The notes under the pieces are model-generated. The model was not told where the DNA came from. It saw only the letters and a program-made list of their open reading frames with translations, and made no database searches. Shown here piece after piece: positions 61,801 to 64,000 of a DNA stretch of 64,000 nt (positions within the stretch are counted from its first letter, which is position 1; each line of letters opens with the position of its first letter). This DNA comes from Octopus vulgaris (lineage: Eukaryota). The stretch is from positions 2,480,001 to 2,544,000 of the forward strand of contig OX597818.1 of assembly GCA_951406725.2 (NCBI GenBank), read 5' to 3'. A program made the position numbers and the translations under genes.

Positions 61801-63700
61801 GCTATAACCTTGAAGGGCAAGTTTCATATTAAAACCAGCACCATCCGAACGTGGTCGATGCCAGATCCACCTGACTGGTTCCAATGCCAGTGGCACATAA
61901 AAAGCACCAACAAATCATGGCCAATGCCAGTATTGCCTGCCTGGCTCCTGTGCCGGTGGCATATAAAAATAACCCACTACACTCTCAGAGTGGTTGGCGT
62001 TAGGAAGGGCATCCAGCTGTAGAAACATTGCCAGATCAGATTGGTGCAGCCACTGGCTCTCTAGACCTCAGTCAAAACTGTCCGACCCGTGGCGGCAGCA
62101 ACGGCAATGATAATCTAGATGCAGTAGGAAATTTTATTAAGTGACTTGCATTTTCCTCAAAATTTAGACATGATAGAAAAATCTAATTATAGATTTGAAA
62201 CCAGCATACCAAAATTAGCAAGGAACACCTACTTAGTCTTCTGTAACAAAACCTTTATTGCCTAGTGAATCAACTGTTACAAGGATAAAGGTGATGCCTT
62301 AGAGAGAAGTAATTATAGAAGTATCAAATTGCTAGACCAGGTCATGACAGTCACAGAAAGGGTTATAGCCCAACTAATTAAGAAGAGAGCTAACATAGAT
62401 AAGATGCAGATTGTATCAGGGAGAAGTAATACTGATGCTCTCTTCACAGTAAGGCAACTGCAGGAGAAGCATTTAACCAAAAATAAAGCACTGTACTCTT
62501 GGTATTTGTTGACATGGAGACAAGGTCTCTTGCTCACTCATCTGGTAGTCACTGCAGAAGTTTAGGATAGATACATGAATGGCTGGTGAGAGCCATCGAA
62601 ACAATGTATAGAGGTGTTGTCAGTAAGGTGAGAGTTAGAAATGAGTATAGTAATGAATTTAATAAGTATAATAATGAATTTTAGTAGTTCACTATGGCTT
62701 GATTCTCAATCACCTCTTATTTAGCATAGACCTCCAGGCTATAACAGAAGAGTTTGAGACTGTTGATAACCTTGTTCTTATAGACAAATCTATAGTAGAA
62801 TAAGAAAGAAATTTCGGGTGTAGAAGCAAAACCTAGAATTAAAGGGCCTTAAAGATAACTTAGCAAAGACCAAAGTTCTAGTAAGCAAGAAAATAGGCAA
62901 ATCACTAATCCCTTCAGGAAAATGGCCCTGCTCAATATGTAGAAAAGGTGTAGGTAGAAATTCCATATGGTGTATCAACTGTAAACATAAGAGGTGCAGG
63001 GCAATCATAGGAAGGTTAATAGAGAAAGCAGACTTTGGACTTTGTGTGCAGAAGATTCCTAAGAGCAATACACATGAATACAATATGAATGAAGAGGGAA
63101 TAGATTTCCTTGAATGACCAGAAGGAACCTTAGAAGTAGTAGACACTTTTGTTACCTAGGTGATCTGATTAGCAGCAGAGGAAATAGTTCTGAAAGTATA
63201 GCTGCTACAATAAGAATAGGACGGAGGAAATTCAGAGAGCTATTACCTCTGTTGGCAACAAAGGTCTCTCTCTCTCTCTCTCTCAGAATGAAAGGAACAT
63301 TGTATGATACTTGTGCAGGAACAGTAATGCTACATGGTAGTGAGATGTGGGCTGTGGATGCTGCAGACAAGTAAAGGCATGACACAAACAAAATTAGCAT
63401 GTTCCACTGACTGTGCAGCATGTACAACAAAGTATGTGCAAAGAGAGAAACTGGGCATAAGAGACATCAGATGTAGTGGGCAGAAGAAAAGACTGTGGTC
63501 ATGTGATGCATATGATGAGGACAGCTGCATACAGAAGTGCTGATCACTGAGTGTGGATGGAACCTGTGAAAAAGGAAACCCAGGATGACATTGTATGATG
63601 TAAAAAATTAATTTCAGATGTTGAGCCTTACCAATGATATGACAAAAGATTGAGATGAGTGACAATTTGCTGTGCATGAGAAAACCCGGTGATCTAAGTA
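58840..63700 (+). mobile_element. Highly decayed RTE LINE split by a DNA transposon (pieces 58840-59888 and 62268-63700)
   Basis: The RTE reading ...SII|NCYKDKGDAL continues across the insertion; PHD-like CSICRKGVGRNS near 62930. Confidence 0.8.
59889..62267 (-). mobile_element. Chapaev3-like (CMC superfamily) DNA transposon, decayed
   Basis: CAC...GTG termini with imperfect TIRs of about 110 bp; transposase EWRLFIDSSK..LKAVLLHNGN, LQLGYTK, LHIKL, SHLDFF..NLGAVSDEHGE.FH; an RTE 3' end is nested at about 61830-62110. Confidence 0.8.
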
Positions 63701-64000
63701 AAAATGAGGCTCTAAAGCAGGGGTGTGTAGAAGACACCCAAGGTGCCATGCAGTGGGACTGAACCCAAAACATGTAGTTATGAAGCAAACTTCTGACCCC
63801 ACAACACCTTGAGATAAATCTTTACCATTTCATTCCAAAGCTTCTTCAGTCTGGCTCTCTTCCACAACACTTCTTTATACAGCTGTGCTCTTCTATACAC
63901 ATCACAAGCCCATACTAATACAGTCTTCTCCATTGCACCTTATATCTAATTCCCCTTACATCCAGTTTTTTTCTTGGCTTCTTTGTACTTTGCCATTCTG

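Overview
AT-rich eukaryotic (animal) genomic DNA, not prokaryotic. The microsatellite load ((TA)n, (CA)n, (TACA)n, (AGAT)n, (ATC)n) and the repeat families resemble an octopus/cephalopod genome; this is an inference and was not verified. The window holds the 3' half of a minus-strand host gene: seven phase-compatible GT-AG exons between 58418 and 15543, encoding a UPF0606/KIAA1549-like C-terminus. A few plus-strand exons of a second, convergent gene lie at the left end. Most of the remainder is decayed, often nested transposons: Penelope-like elements with inverted pseudo-LTRs carrying hammerhead-ribozyme motifs, two Tx1/L1-clade LINEs in a (GATA)n tract, several RTE LINEs with a PHD-like finger, an R4-like LINE, three Gypsy proviruses, a BEL/Pao element, mariner, a non-autonomous piggyBac, a Chapaev3-like DNA transposon and tRNA-derived SINEs. 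The most notable signals are about eight distinct hammerhead-like motifs next to (TA)n tracts, apparent (TATC)n-targeted Tx1 insertions, and two short locally templated insertions. All family names come from recalled motifs, not from database searches.
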